A stretch of 64,000 bases of DNA from the human T2T-CHM13v2.0 reference genome, Homo sapiens, in assembly GCF_009914755.1 (NCBI RefSeq), contig NC_060925.1. The stretch is one strand, 5' to 3'. The position numbers were made by a program, and so were the translations under genes. This document shows positions 27,475 to 42,558 of the stretch, piece after piece (position 1 is the stretch's first letter; each line of letters begins with the position of its first letter). The notes beneath the pieces were generated by a model. That model was not told the origin of the DNA and ran no database searches. It saw only the letters and a program-made list of their open reading frames with translations.

Positions 27475-29591
27475 ACTGAGCACTGAACTATTTGTAAATA
27501 AGTTGCAAACATGATGACATGTCACCTCTGAATCTTCTGTTTACATCTCCTAAAATAAAGGCATTTTCACATATATCTACAATATCATTGTCACACTCAA
27601 GAAAGTGAACAACAATTCCTTTTAGCCTGGGTGATTTTTGAAAAATAGATCCCTGGTCTCAGACCCACTAAACTGGAATTTTGGGAGATAGGATGCAGCA
27701 GCCAGGAATCTATATTTTAAGTGCTTCTGGTGTTCTAATGTATCTAGCTCAGCAGTGATTTGAAGGGAGCAGGAGGACAAGACAGGAGGCATGTCACAGC
27801 TGTTGCAGAAGTTAGAGCTGAGCGAAAGAGAAGACATCTCAGTGGTGCTCAGGATGAAGACCGGTATTCCCAGGCTGCAGACCCCACAGAGTTACCACAG
27901 TGGGGCATGGTGGAGAGTGGACAAGTGTACAAATTATGAAAAAGGTGCTCTTTTATCTAGCCTGTTGTCTGCTCGGGCAGGAAATATAATAATTATCATA
28001 TGAACATGTATGATGGCTTCAAGGTGAATGGCACCTGCTGAAGTTGTTGCAGTGCACAACCTGCCCAATAATAGCAGGGGCCCTGTCTTAAGTGTCCATT
28101 TTCTGTGGTCTCTTAATATGTCATTCTTATGTGTTGTGTATGTATCTGTCTTTCACATTGAATTCCAAGCTAGACCAATACTAATCTTAGTGCCTGACAC
28201 AGAGAGGTTCCATCAGTTCAATAAACATTCATTGAATGCCTGATAGCATTTTTCAAATCAAATGCTAATTGCTTACTTGTCCCTGTTCCTCACTATTCTA
28301 CAGGTTTCTTAAGAATGGAAACACTCACCTTTTAATTTCCAGTGTCTAATACTCAGTAGGTGTTCAATAAATCTTGGTTGAAGGGATGAGTAAGTGAATG
28401 GATGAATAGAGCAAGCTCGGGCGGCTTTGATTAACTCAGTTCCAAGTGCAGCTGGGAAAACAGGAAACTCAGACACAGGAAACACCAAGTAATTTCTAAT
28501 GCAGATTTTTAAAGTCCTTATAGAAGCTTGACTCCTATTGGGCTTTCATTCTAGCATATCCAGATGGCAGGGTCAAGGATGGCTCAGCTGTTTCCTTACT
28601 TAGATTCTCTCTCCTCTTGTACTACTGGGTGTTCTTCATAATGGTATTCAAATAATAGTGATGATAATAATAGTATCTAACACTTATGATCTTAATAGAT
28701 GTCAGAAACACTTTTAAGCTTTTTACATATATCAAGTCATTTAATCTTCTAAACAACCTTGTGAATCAGATGCTATTGATACTCCCACATTTCAGATGAG
28801 GAAACTGGGAATATGGGAGTTAAGTGACTTTTTATCCCAAAAGCTGAGATTCTAACGTGAACAATCAGGCTTCAGCATCTGTACCTAGCTTAACTGCTGG
28901 TCTGATAGCCTGATCTCCAGAGGACCCCCTTCAAACCAAGAGGCCTGTAATTTGGAATCCTGCCCTGTATTCCCATTGGTTCCACCTGCTCTGTCTTCAG
29001 AGCCTGCCTCAGAGACTGCTAGGTTCTCTCTTTTGTCTTTGCAGATCCTACTGAATGAATGAGAGGTTGCTCAGCACCCTGGCCTCTGATAACTGGTACA
29101 GGGTGATCACCACCACCTAAAATTGAGAGACGAGTCTTTTTGTTCTCACTGTATCTGCACTCTGTCCCCTCTGCTACCTCCAGCTGCCACTCCAGTGTGC
29201 CATCCTGAGTCACATTGAAAGTGGCATGAATTGACTCTGTAGTGGCTTCTTTTTAGTGGGCATGCCAAGTGAAGAAATCTCTCCACAGCTGCAGTGGAGT
29301 CTCTGTCTCTAGGGGTCATTCCCAAACTATAGAACCAGGAAATAACACCTGCCTAGCCCCTGAATCTGTGGTGGCATCTTTTTCTTCCAATATGGTCTTC
29401 AAATTAGAAAGCACATTAACATGTCAGATACAACTGCCATCAACATAACTCAGCAGCGCCCACATGACAATGAAGAGTAATTATCAGTCCTTCCCTCATC
29501 TACCCTTTCACTTTGCCTCTAAGTTTGATTGTTTAACTTTTTAGTTGGAAATAATTTCAAACTTAGAAAAACGTTTCAAAAATAAGAATAA

Positions 29592-30125
29592 CGCCAGGCT
29601 TGGTGGCTCATACCTGTAATCCCAACGCTTTGGAAAGCCAAAGGAGAAGAGCTGCTTGATCCCAGGAGTTCAAGACCAGTTTGGGCAACTGGGTTAGTCT
29701 ATTTTTATACTGCTATGAAGAACAGCTTGAGACTGGGCAATTTATAAAGGAAAGAGGTTTAATTAACTCACAGTTCAGCATGGCTGAGGTGGCCCCAGGA
29801 AACTGACAATCATGGCAGAAGGTGAAGGGGAAGTAAGGCACCTTCTTCACAAGGCGGCAGGAAGAAGTGCCAAGCAAAGGGGGAAGAGCCCCTTATAAAA
29901 CCATCAGATCCCGTGAGAACTCACTCACTATCCTGAGAACATCATGAGGGAAACTGCTCCCATGAGCCAATCACCTCTACCTGGTCTCTCCCTTGACACA
30001 TGGGGATTATGAGGATTATGGGGATTATAATTCAAGATGAGATTTGAGTGGGGACACAAAGCCTAACCAGATCAGCAACATAGTGAAGCCCCATCTCTAA
30101 AAAAATAATAAAATAAAATAAGAAT
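29592..30125 (+). mobile_element. Alu left monomer (FLAM-like) split by an LTR: 29592-29689 and 30075-30125
   Basis: gccaggcttggtggctca...ttgggcaac resumes as gcaacatagtgaagccccatctctaaaaaa after the LTR. Confidence 0.8.
29690..30074 (-). mobile_element. THE1/MST-type MaLR solo LTR
   Basis: TG...CA termini; TSD GCAAC at 29685-29689 and 30075-30079; opposite orientation to the LTR at 9007. Confidence 0.87.
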
Positions 30126-30705
30126 AAGAATGGTAGAAAGAATTTCCAAATGCCCCCTGCCCAGATTCACCTCTTGTTCACAATTTCTCCCATCTGCCTT
30201 CTCATTGCTATGTTCTCTGTAGATCTGTAGAGATAGATGTAGAAAGATGATTCTTTCCTAATCTCCCAAGCGTTAGTTGTGGACAGACATCATGAACCTT
30301 TACCTATCAAGGACATTTGTGTATATTTCTAGGGATGGGGTATTCCCTTACGTGACCATAGGACAGTTCTCAACTTCAGTCAATTGAACATGGACACATT
30401 AAGTGTACCTAGTCTGTCTTCCCTACTCCAGTTTTATCAATTGACCCTATTATGTGTTTTATAGCATTTTTCCCCTCCAGTACAGGTTCCAGTCTAGGGT
30501 CTGATATTTCACTTGGGTGTTATCTCTCCCTAGCTTTTTTATGACATTGGCATTTTGGAAGAATACAGGTTCCCCCCTTCCCTTTTTTAAATTTTGTGCT
30601 TTCCTGATGTTTCTTCCAGATTTAAATTCAGTATATGCCTTTGTGGTCAGAGGACTATATAGACTCTGTTACGTCCTTTCTGAGGTCTTACATCTGGAAG
30701 TGTAA

Positions 30706-30882
<177 letters not shown>

Positions 30883-32902
30883 TGAGTGGGTCTTAGTGTT
30901 GACTGGATCACTATGGGATCACAACATTTTCTTCACAAATTACCTTCAAAAAGGACTAGGACTGGATTTCTGCACCCAAAGGCATTGCTCACTTTGATTG
31001 AGTTGATGGGTCAGTTCAGTCAATTAGCTAAGTTTAGTCGGACAGCTGTCCTAGCTGATTTTTTTTTTTTTTTGGCAACAAATTGATGAGCAAATCCACT
31101 GGTGGCAGAACTGGTTTGTGCACACAGGCTGGAGAGTAATTAGCTCAAAGGAACAAAAATCAATTGAGGGCCAACATCAGGAACAATTAATAATTAAGGA
31201 GGCAGCATAAGATTTGGAAATTAGCTTCAATTTATAACAAAGCAAATGGAGGTTCAGCACCCCAACCATCTTGATGAAGGCAACACTACAAATCATCATA
31301 TGTTTACAGCAAGACTCTTACCACAGACCCTTGTGAAACCCTTATGGTGTACCAAAAGTGTATTAGGCACATGAACACAGGATCAGGACCACAAGGATAA
31401 GGCAGACAAAATTCCTTACCCTCAGGAGCCTATGCTGGATACAGAGGTGCCTATAAGAAAATCCAACAAAATCGGATGTGAGTCACACTAGCAGAAGGCA
31501 GAGTTTGGAGGAGATAAAGATTCATTTTGCCTATGCATATGTTTTTATGAGTATGAGTTATTGGACCACTTTCAAAGAAGATGGACCTTGATAGATGAGT
31601 CAAACTTTGTGGGGGCAAGAAAGGCAATGCAGAAAGGGAATTCAGGCCAAGACTAGCATAAACTTTAATGTAGAACCATGAAAGTGCAAGGGCTTTTAGG
31701 GAAGAGTGAGTATTGGAAATCCCTGAATTTAGAGTATATAGTATTAAAAGACAAGTGATGAAACTAAAATCATGAAATGAGACCTGATTACAAAGGATCT
31801 TAGATGCCATGATAAGGAATGTTGGCTTTATTCTGTGGGCAAAAAGAAGTCATCAAAGGATTTTAAGTGAGGAGTCACATTGTCTGATTAACATGTTGGA
31901 GCTATCCCTCTCAGGCACAGTGGAGGATGGATTGGAGGGTGCCAGCCTAGAGGACAGGAGGCTAATTATAAGACTTTCACAATAATTTAGGCATGGGTTG
32001 AGAATACAAGCAAAGGTAGTGGCAGAATCATATGTGCCTAAAAGGACTAGATACTAGAGATGTTTCAAAGAGAGAAGTGATTGGGTTTGGGGTTGACTAG
32101 TGAAAGTATACAGGACAAAAGCATAAAAAGAGACCCTGAGATTGAGCAATCAAGTGGACAACAATATAATTGCTAGGGGTGGAGAACAAAGAGGATATGT
32201 AGGCTTGGATGAAATAGAAAGAAATTGGTTGGAACATACTGAATATGAGTATCCACCTATCTCAACATGAAGGCATTTCATAACATGCTGGAGACACAGG
32301 TCTAGGATCCAGGGAGATTAGGGCAAAGAAAGACTCTCAACTAATTGAGAGCAAGGACCATGTCATTTTTCTTATTATTGCCTTGTATCAACAGTATTTG
32401 TGCTCAATAAATGTTTGTTCATTGAGTGAATAATTGATAAATTAATGTTAGCATTGCCAGCTTCTGAGTATAGTTGAATTCATCAAGAGACAACTGACAC
32501 AGGTCTATATTTTCTAAAATATCGTAAAGAAGATAGCTACTATTGATTATGTGTTTACTATTACCCAGACACTGTATTAAGCATTATGCATTATCTCCTT
32601 TTATCCTGATACAATTCTATAAGAGACACATACTTTTCAGACAAGGAAAGTAAAGATTTGAAAACTGGAATAAGCCAGCTGAAGTTATCTAATTGCCTGA
32701 GCTAGATCTGAACCCAGGCCTGACTGACTCTGAGCCTAAGTCCTTAACCCCTGTGCTGCACAGCCAGGAGTAAACTTCCTAGAGAATTTCCTCCTTTACA
32801 GGCAGGCACAGCATTGCTGCCTGGCAAGCCGAGCCCCTCTGCTAATATGATTATTCTGCTTGACTCAGTCTCTGAGTAACCCCAAACAAGGGTAATGTAG
32901 GG

Positions 32903-33125
32903 CTGGACTTCTCCACCATGATGCTGTCGACATTTTGAAACAGATAATTATTTGTGGTGCTGGGGGCTGTACTGTGCAGTGTTGGATGTTTAGCAGCATT
33001 TCCGCCTCTACCCACTAGATGCCAGCAGCACCTTCCCCTGCCCTAGTCGTGACAATCAAACATGTCTCAAGATATTGCCAAATGTTCCCTGAGAGGCAAA
33101 ATAGTCCCTGGTTGAGAATCACCAT
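32903..33125. mobile_element. MER20-like hAT DNA transposon relic
   Basis: ctctacccactagatgccagcagcacc, gtgacaatcaaacatgtctc, ccctggttgagaatcac. Confidence 0.75.
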
Positions 33126-33265
33126 CTAAGTCATCCCACAGAACTAACCCTAAAAATAAGCATCTACCTTGCTTCTCGCAATATCTTGGAACACTAATTT
33201 TTCAACACTTCCTCCGTGGTTATCCACGAGGAGGCTCAGCTCACCTGAATCCCTCCCATTGTATA

Positions 33266-33597
33266 CAGGTTGAGCATTCCTAATCTAAAATCCAAAATGC
33301 TCCAAAATCAGAAACATTTTTAGCATTGACAGGATGCCACAAATAGAAAATTCCACAGCTGACCTCATGTGACAGGTCACAGTCAAAATGTATTCAAAGC
33401 TTTATTTCATGCACAAAATTATTTTTTAAATATTATGTAAAATTACCTACCAGCTATGTGTATAAGGTACACATGAGACATAAATGAACTTCATGTTTAG
33501 ACTTGGGTCCCATCTCTAAGGTATATCATTATGTATATGCAAATATTCCAAAAACTCTTCTAGTCTCAAACATTTTAGATATGGGATACTCAACCTG
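33266..33597. mobile_element. Tigger-family MITE (Tigger4a/MER46-like)
   Basis: TIRs CAGGTTGAG...CTCAACCTG flanked by TA duplications. Confidence 0.85.
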
Positions 33598-33920
33598 TAC
33601 TTTTTAAGTGCAATATTTCTAACATCTGAATACCTACTTTGTAGAATAACCTAGTGTTGGGTACTCCCTTAGCCTTCCTCCATTCTTCTAACTGTCTCTT
33701 TTAGTAAAGTTTAAAGAGATTCCTGGCATAACAAGGAAGTGTTTGTTTCCTGAAGGAAGGATGATCAATTATTCATTCAGTAAACACGGACCGAGCACCT
33801 CCACAGGAATCTTTTCTCTGGGATTAATTTGTGACAGTCTACTTATTATGAAGGCTTCACAGAGACCTAGTCTTCCTAAACATTGCCATCAAAAGCCTCC
33901 AACAGAAACTTTTGGGCTAG

Positions 33921-34061
<141 letters not shown>

Positions 34062-36293
34062 TAAGTAAAAGGTGACTTGCTTCCTTCACAGAGGCCTGGT
34101 GGGGCCTGGGAGGCCTACAGGAGGTTGGTCGCTGGTGAGGGATGGACAGCAATTCAAAGACAAAAATGAAGACTTCATTCAGGAGGCTCAGAAATGCCAA
34201 GGGTCCTTTTAGACTGAGTGTGCCTCTGGTCATGGGCAGGTTCTATGTGGGCCACAGGGTAAACCTGGGCTGATTATTAAGCTCCTTTGCACCAGGACAA
34301 CCCTATCAGTGGTTAGAATATTTCCTACCAGTCAGCAAATAGCTGCGACCCCAACCCATCCATGTCCTTCTGCTGCCCCACCCCTCCTCGCCCCTTGCAA
34401 CCAAACGACTGAAGGGGTAATGCCAGACTAACAAGGAGTCACCAGAACCCTTTTCTGGCACTGTGGCTTCAGTCCTTTTGGACCAATACATGTTAATCAA
34501 ATTGGATAGTAAATGTTTTAACATCACTCCAGCATAAAATTACTGTAGGAGCAGAAGCCACAGGTAGATATATTTCAATATAAAGAAAGATTTTCCCAAA
34601 ACAGAGTCACCCAAAGTTAAAGACAGGCTGTGATTGTATGTGTCCATCTGTAGGACAGAAGTGGTGCTTCATTAGCAAGGTCTCTGCGTCATTGCTGCAT
34701 CCAAACAACAGCTCTGCCTGACAGCAACTGCTGTAGAGGTTGGTCAGTGTTCATAAGGGCTCAGCATTGGGCTCAAAGACACTTCTGTTTATAAAGTACA
34801 CACACACACACAAATACACACACTTGCACATGCACAGACATACACGCACTCACACACCACTCTGCAATCTCAGCGTGGCTGGACACAACGTGGTTTTTGG
34901 CTGATGGGCTGATTACTAAGAAACTTTAACGAGATAACTCAGGCCTAAGCACCTGATTAACTGGGGGCTTATCTGAGGACCTCTAAAGACAGGTAGCAGG
35001 CAGTCAAGGGAGTGAGGTGGAAAGGGCCCCTAGTGGCACTAACAAGTGATCAGGGACCATCAGGCACTACAATGAGGCCAAGCCAACAGGATTAGCACAC
35101 AGTAATTCAGAAGGCAGGGAGGCAAGGAGATGGGAAGAGTTGGATGTCCCTGAGGAGACACTAAGCCTCCTCAGAGCATAGCTCCAGGACTCAGGCCCCT
35201 CAGGGTTAAGAATTCATAGCTCTGTACAAAGAGTGTATTTCCTACAGGCCTTCAGCTACTATAGGAGCGCCCAAAGCCTAAAGACCAAAAGCCAAAGAGC
35301 AGGATGAGGTAAATTTTGATCGGAGAAATTCTTTTCCCTCATCACTAGTTGGGCATGGATGGCCACATCTAATGTCATGGGACAGTGGTAAGGGGGACTA
35401 GGAGGGTGAGAGGACTGGAACCCCTGGCTCACGGTTGAAATAGTCTGGGAATGCTTATCTCAGAGAAGGCAAGCCCTCTGGAGAGCATTTCACTATCTTT
35501 GTATACTTGAAAGGTGCACAGGAAAGGCTGTTATTCTTGTTCTGTGCAGTCCCGATGGGTGGAATTGGTAGCACTGGTAGAAATGACAGGGCATCAGGTT
35601 TCAACATAATGTGCAGAAACATTAGGAATATTCCAAAAAACACTCTGTCTTAGGAGGAAGAGTGTTCTCTGACACTTATGTGTTCTAGTACTCACTAGAA
35701 AACTTCTAGGCAAAAATAGAGTAGATGGTATTCATGAGATAGAAGTCAGACTTGATCTTTAAGCTCCCCTGGGTCCTAAGATACTCTACCATTTGAGTCT
35801 CAAAGCACCCCTAAAGCCCTACCTGTAATTCCAGCTTTATGAAGCCCAATTTCCCAAAATGAGAAGAGAAATCTTGATATAAGTACGGTTAGTCTCACTT
35901 GCATGCCTTCTCTTTCCTACTTTGCTTAATTTCTGTGTTACCTCTCTCTTTCATCATGGCTTCCTGTGTCATAGGCCAGGAAGGAAGGTGGCTAAGAAGT
36001 GTGTCCACACTAAGGGATTATTGGCTTCTTGTGCAGCCCCAACCAGAAGCATTTACATTTTAAAGGAAATTTTCAGAGAGAGAGGTCAATGCTTGGCCCA
36101 AAGAGATGACTGCCTAGTGATATCACTCCAGGTACCCAGAGTGGGTGTTCTGAGACTGGAGTAGTCTGCTGGCAGCCCTTCAATCACAGTTCATGGGGGC
36201 CTGCCTGTTCCACTGCAGCTGTGTCCCCCAAGGCTTCAAAGCAAACACCTTCTCATTACTTTGAGTGAAATGAGAACTGAATTCCTGTCTTGA

Positions 36294-36479
<186 letters not shown>

Positions 36480-37016
36480 TAATGACCCTTAAGGAAGCTG
36501 CATGGGTCATGGGACATCTAAGCTCCATAAAGTAAGAGGGTTGGACTAGTGACTCCCAAGGCCCCTTCTGCCCTTAGATTCCTTAAACAGACCTTGGATG
36601 AGTGAACAATGGTTACTAATTTGCACCTCAATTTTTCCTGAAACTTTCACTATGCCTTACCCTATTTCAATACCAAAATAATACACACATTTCTTACATC
36701 CAGCCACAGTCAAAACCCAATGCAACAAAATATTTACTGAGGGCCTACATTGTACTAGGCCTTGCACAGGACTCTGGAGAGATCAGACACCATTAACCAA
36801 AGATTGGTTCTCTCAAAACACAAACAGGGTAGTTGGAAGTGAGGGAAGGAAAGGGTGAGTATATTAATGTTTACAAGACCGAGCAAAGTCAGAGCCATAA
36901 GCAAGGTGCAGACTACTGGGGTGCAGGTGTGAGGGTGCAGGTAGGAGGAAGAAGGGAAGAATGGGGGAGGATGAGCTGGCCTTGAAGTCAGGAGCCCAGG
37001 GCTCATCTTCCTGTGA

Positions 37017-37289
<273 letters not shown>

Positions 37290-38030
37290 TGATTCTGAGA
37301 ACATAGGGTTCAACTTCAGGGGCTATCCTGGTAGGACATCCACTTATAAAGTTTAGGGCCAGCCAATTCATCCGTCTCAGGATCTATCTCTACTGCTCCC
37401 AAATTCTACATTTTTAAAGACCGCCTACCCCTGAGCGCTCCAGAGTCCCTGCCTATGCTTTGGCTCTCATTTCTGCGGATAGACTTCCAGCCTTTGTCTT
37501 TCCAGCTGGACCAGGGGCAGACAAGATCACAAACCCAGAGATCAGCAGAGAGCTGAGGGGTTGAGCACCAACCCTACTCCTTTCTCCCACTCTGAAGGAG
37601 ACATTATCCCCCAGTTCTTGGGAGCCTGGAAGCACAGGATATTGAATTTGGGCCTGAGGAACCCAGAAATGGGCTCCTAAATGTCCACCCAAGGAAGCAC
37701 TCTGGGAAATTGGCAAAGGTGGAGCTTCCTGCTTGAACATCCCTGTAGGTTTCCAGGGCCCCCAAAAAGAGTGAGAGCAGGCAGGGCACCTGGAAGAGTA
37801 TTCCTGGGATCTACAGGAGACAAAGTTGAAACTCAGAGCATCTGCTCCTGTCCCTTCCCACTTCACCAGTCGTCACCTGTTTGCAGTTGGGTAATGGGAA
37901 GCAGAGCTCTGACTCAAGAGAGGGAATCTACCCTCCCAGAAGGCAGGTCATTCACTCCTCAGTAGGTATTGAGTCCCACTAGGTACAAAGCTCTGGTAGC
38001 TGCAAGAAATACAGAAGGCAGCTCTCTACA

Positions 38031-38514
38031 CCCCACAGGGCTCCTAATCAGAGGAAGTCATGGCTCATGCCCTCTGAAAGCTCTCTATCTGATGGGACAG
38101 ACTAAATGCCTCCCCTCAGAAGGTACCCACAGTCTGATGGGAGACATACTGCCTTTGCTCTGGGAGCTCCTAACCTAATGGGGGTGACTCAGTCTCTGCC
38201 TCCCAGAGGCTCCCAGTCTAGTGGAGGAGAGACAGTCCTACACTGAAGATCTCCCAGTCTGAAGGGAGAGAGATCACACTTGCCCTGGGAATCCCCTATC
38301 TGAGTGGGGAGACAGGCCCTGCCTTCAGAGAATACTCAGTGTAATCAGGGAGACATAGCCCTGGAGATCCCCAGTCCAACAGGTGAGTCATCGACCCTGT
38401 CATGGGGAAACTCACAAACTAATGCAGAAGTCACAGTCTCTCTTTTCAGGAAGATTTAGTCTTCCCAGAAGAGACACAGCCCCTACCCTTAGGGAGTTTT
38501 CAGTCTCCTAGAAA
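38031..38514 (+). repeat. Degenerate ~41-bp tandem array, about 12 units
   Basis: A recurring CCCT..GAGCTCCCAGTCTGATGGGAGAC..AG-like unit at about 40-44 nt spacing. Confidence 0.7.
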
Positions 38515-38606
38515 CCCCACCATCCCACAGTCTTCCCCAGACCTCTTCTCCAAGCCTGGCCTTCAGCTCCCACCCCAAAGCCCTCTCCTCTTGCCACCAG
38601 CCCTGA

Positions 38607-38705
<99 letters not shown>

Positions 38706-39720
38706 TGAGTAGACGCTGGCCTGGGTTCAGCTGATGAGAAGTCTCGGAGCCTGCTTACCCCTTCTCGTTCCCTCCCCTGTCTCAGCTCCTCCTCCAAGCA
38801 CGTGCATGTGCACAAACAGACACAGGCACAGGGGCACACGGGTACACACACACACACACACACATACATGTACACACAGCTTAAAAGCTTCCTCTCTCTT
38901 CACCTCCACCAAGTTTTAAAACAGAGCTCAGCGTGAATCCACTGCACAGCCACCTGGCACTCCCTCCTCTTGCACCCCTGCCCCTTTTACTGCCTATAAA
39001 TGTGTTGCATCCCACTCAGTGGAATGAACAGTGAAAAAGAGAGAGGCCAAGCCAGGCTTGGAAGCCAGGTGGACCCTCTGTTCCTACATCTCAGCTTTCC
39101 CAGGGCAAAACTGTGGCCTGGATAAAGCTGGTCAGGGCCTTTCCTTTTCGCTCCTCTCCACACATTCCCAAGCTCTCCCTTTCCTAACCTGCCCATCACC
39201 TCTTCCCCACCATCCCTCCTCACCTATAGCAAACTTTGCTCTTAGGAAAATAACCTGGTTTCAATTATCTCCTCCATTTATGTTGAATAAGTACTCTCAT
39301 TTATTTACCCAACCAATATTCACTGCCTATCTACTCTGCATCTATCCCTGTGCTAGGTTCTAAAGAATCCCGCAGTGAACAACACAGCCTAAATAAATCC
39401 TTCATCAAGCTTACATTCAAGTAGACAGTCTACCAACTTTCTTAAACATATTTTATATAGCATTCATAAGTCAGGGAAAGTATAAGGAGAGGTGGCAAGG
39501 GTTGGAGGGCATAATGTACACAGGGACCTTCTAGGGATGACTGTGCCAAGGCTTGGCACTTGCATAAACACTTTACGGGACCTGTACCATTCTGGAATTT
39601 GAGGCAGATCTGCGTCCTGGTCACACCACTGTTCTGGGACCTTCAGTGCCCACCTGTGTATACAGTGGGAGCTTGGGGGAGCAGAGAGGCTGGCTCAGGG
39701 AGGACAGGTTTGTTCAGTAG

Positions 39721-39900
<180 letters not shown>

Positions 39901-40604
39901 TAGAGGCTGCCAAGAGAAATGAGCTTAACAAAGGATGACAGTCCCGGCTCTTCAAAGTCCCTGGGGATCTTACAGAACAGGCTGCCAAGGAAAGTGGAGA
40001 AATCTTCGTCTGCTTCAAAGACCCGATAAATTATTTACATCTAAGAGCTATGCTTTTGTTTTTCTGGAGGCAGAACCACAGTATGCCTGAAAAGGAGATG
40101 GGGGGGCAGTTTAGAAGATGGGCCAGGAGGGCAGAGCCAGGTGGTGAGGGGAGAGTTCCAGACAAGAGCAGCAAAACTAAGGGGTTAGATATCAAGAAAG
40201 AGCATGCAATGTCTATGTGTGAGAGAAGATGATCATTACGTGATTGTTGGACCTGTTAAGTGGAAATCAGAGCTGGAACAATCCAGCACTCACATGCGTG
40301 CCCATGTGCCAGCGCTGGCCCCTGTTTCAGTGCAAACACATGCACATGTGATGTGCAGGCACATGGGGGCCTTGTGACTAGTGACGCTTCTGCAGTGCTG
40401 TGTGGGTGAGGCGGCTTGGAGCTTCCCTTCTTTGGTGGTTTATGGTGGGTTGTTGTTAGGTGGTTTGGATTTTTTTTCCTCTTCTAAGACTCTTAAAATT
40501 GCCTCTTTGGAAGATCAGCTAAAGATGCATTCACTGCCACCCACCAGCCCGGAAGTGAATTTCCATCAGTCATGAAATCTGGTCCTTAGTCGTCGTGTCT
40601 TTGA

Positions 40605-40697
<93 letters not shown>

Positions 40698-41796
40698 TGA
40701 GTGAGACATGGAGTGGACTCTAGACCCCAGCCCTGTAGTTCCCAAAACCATGCTGACTCATTCATATTGCATTTCCCTGGAATCTGCTTGTCCTGATCCA
40801 TTTAATGATGTGACAAGCAAGGACCATGCCATTGTTCATCAGGCCCAGGTAGAGATTCAAACATTATACAGTGGAGCAGGTTCTAATGCAAGGGTAGCAG
40901 CTGGGTTGTCTGGTCAAGTGCAGGAGGCAGGTGCAGCCGAGCGCTGTCATTCAGCACTGGGATAGGGTGCAATGTTCAGTACTAGTTATTCAAGAAGTGC
41001 CAGGAATGGGCAACTCTGTCCTGTCCTTTAGAGCTTTGTTTTACTCAGGGATCAATAACTGTTCCAGGTGAAGTGATTTAAGAACAACTGCAAAGCAACC
41101 GATTGGCAAAATAGGAAAAAGAAAATCTTAAAATATTTTTTCATGTTACTTCCCAACTCAATTTACAATAGCTCCCCACTTCATACCCCAGCAAGCCTGG
41201 ATTCCTTTGTCTTTCCAGTTTCCCTAATATGGCCTGACCCTTTATCTCCAGCCTCTTTTCCCAGGATTGCCAGCATACCTCCTCTGTCCAGATAGGCCTG
41301 GGAGCTATATCTGTCTCACCCCACATACCAAGCTCTGTCTTAACTACACCTTGGATCAGATCATTCCCACTACCTACAATGTCCTGCCTCTTGCCCTGTA
41401 TGTAGCATCTTTCAGGATCCAGATCAGTCTCTGCCCTTCCCTGAAGCCCCTGACCCCTGCAGCCCAACCCAATCTCCCCAGTTCTCTTTATTAATCACAC
41501 GGCTTACCATGTATTACTGCAGTCCATAGCATGAACAACACCCGACATCTAGACTGTAGGCTCCTAGGGGTCAGGGCCCATGTCTCTTACTTCTCGAGGT
41601 CTATTAGTAGTTGGCACAGTACTATGCACACAGCAAGTGTCTGAGGAACACTTAGAGACCAGTGAATAAGAGGCTAAGGGGATAGGAAAGGGGCAGCCTG
41701 TACCAGACGGCCTTACTGAGGAAGGCTTCCAGGAGGAGGTGGGTTCTAGGCAAGGTTTTGAGCTAAAGGATGGTGACTACCCCAGTGCCCTGTGAT

Positions 41797-42020
41797 GCTG
41801 GGTCCAATAAACTTTTTCTATAAAGCATCAGATAGTAAATATTTTAGGCTTTCCTGGCCATACTGTCTTTATGGCAACTACTCAACCCTGCTGTCACAGT
41901 GCAAAAGGAGCCACAGACAATACCTGAATTAATGGGCACCACTGTGTCCCCATAAAACCTTATTTACAAAAACAGGCAATAGGTCGATTTGGCCTATAGG
42001 CTATAGCTTGTTGACCTTGC
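41797..42020. mobile_element. MER58A-like DNA transposon relic
   Basis: aaactttttctataaag, cagatagtaaatattttaggcttt, tatttacaaaaacaggc. Confidence 0.75.
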
Positions 42021-42205
42021 TCTAAAAGTTTTTGATTTTGCCAAAGCTAAAGCCGACTCTTACTTGCCCAGGGGCACAGAGGAGACCTGCTTGCAGCCCT
42101 TTCCTGCTGTGGGCTGTCTTTCCTCTGCACACTCTACCCAGCTCTCACCTAGACCTGCAGGCACCCTGCCCACTCCCTGGATGAGTGTAAATAGCCACCC
42201 AGTAG

Positions 42206-42385
<180 letters not shown>

Positions 42386-42558
42386 TGACATAAGGGCTTT
42401 CCTTGGGATGTCCCAGAAGGCATTGGAGCTCCGTGTACCCTCTCTGAAATGAGAAGTGGGCACCCAGGTTTCAAGAGGCCACAAGGCAAAGGGAAAGTTT
42501 AAGCTCCAAGGCCCTCTGAGGTTGCAGAAGGCCAGAGGCTGCTCTTGTGTCTCCTTAG

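Noticed and set aside
38031-38514. CRISPR-like repeat/spacer reading of the periodic array
   Set aside because: Human intron, units are contiguous and degenerate with no unique spacers, and there are no cas genes.
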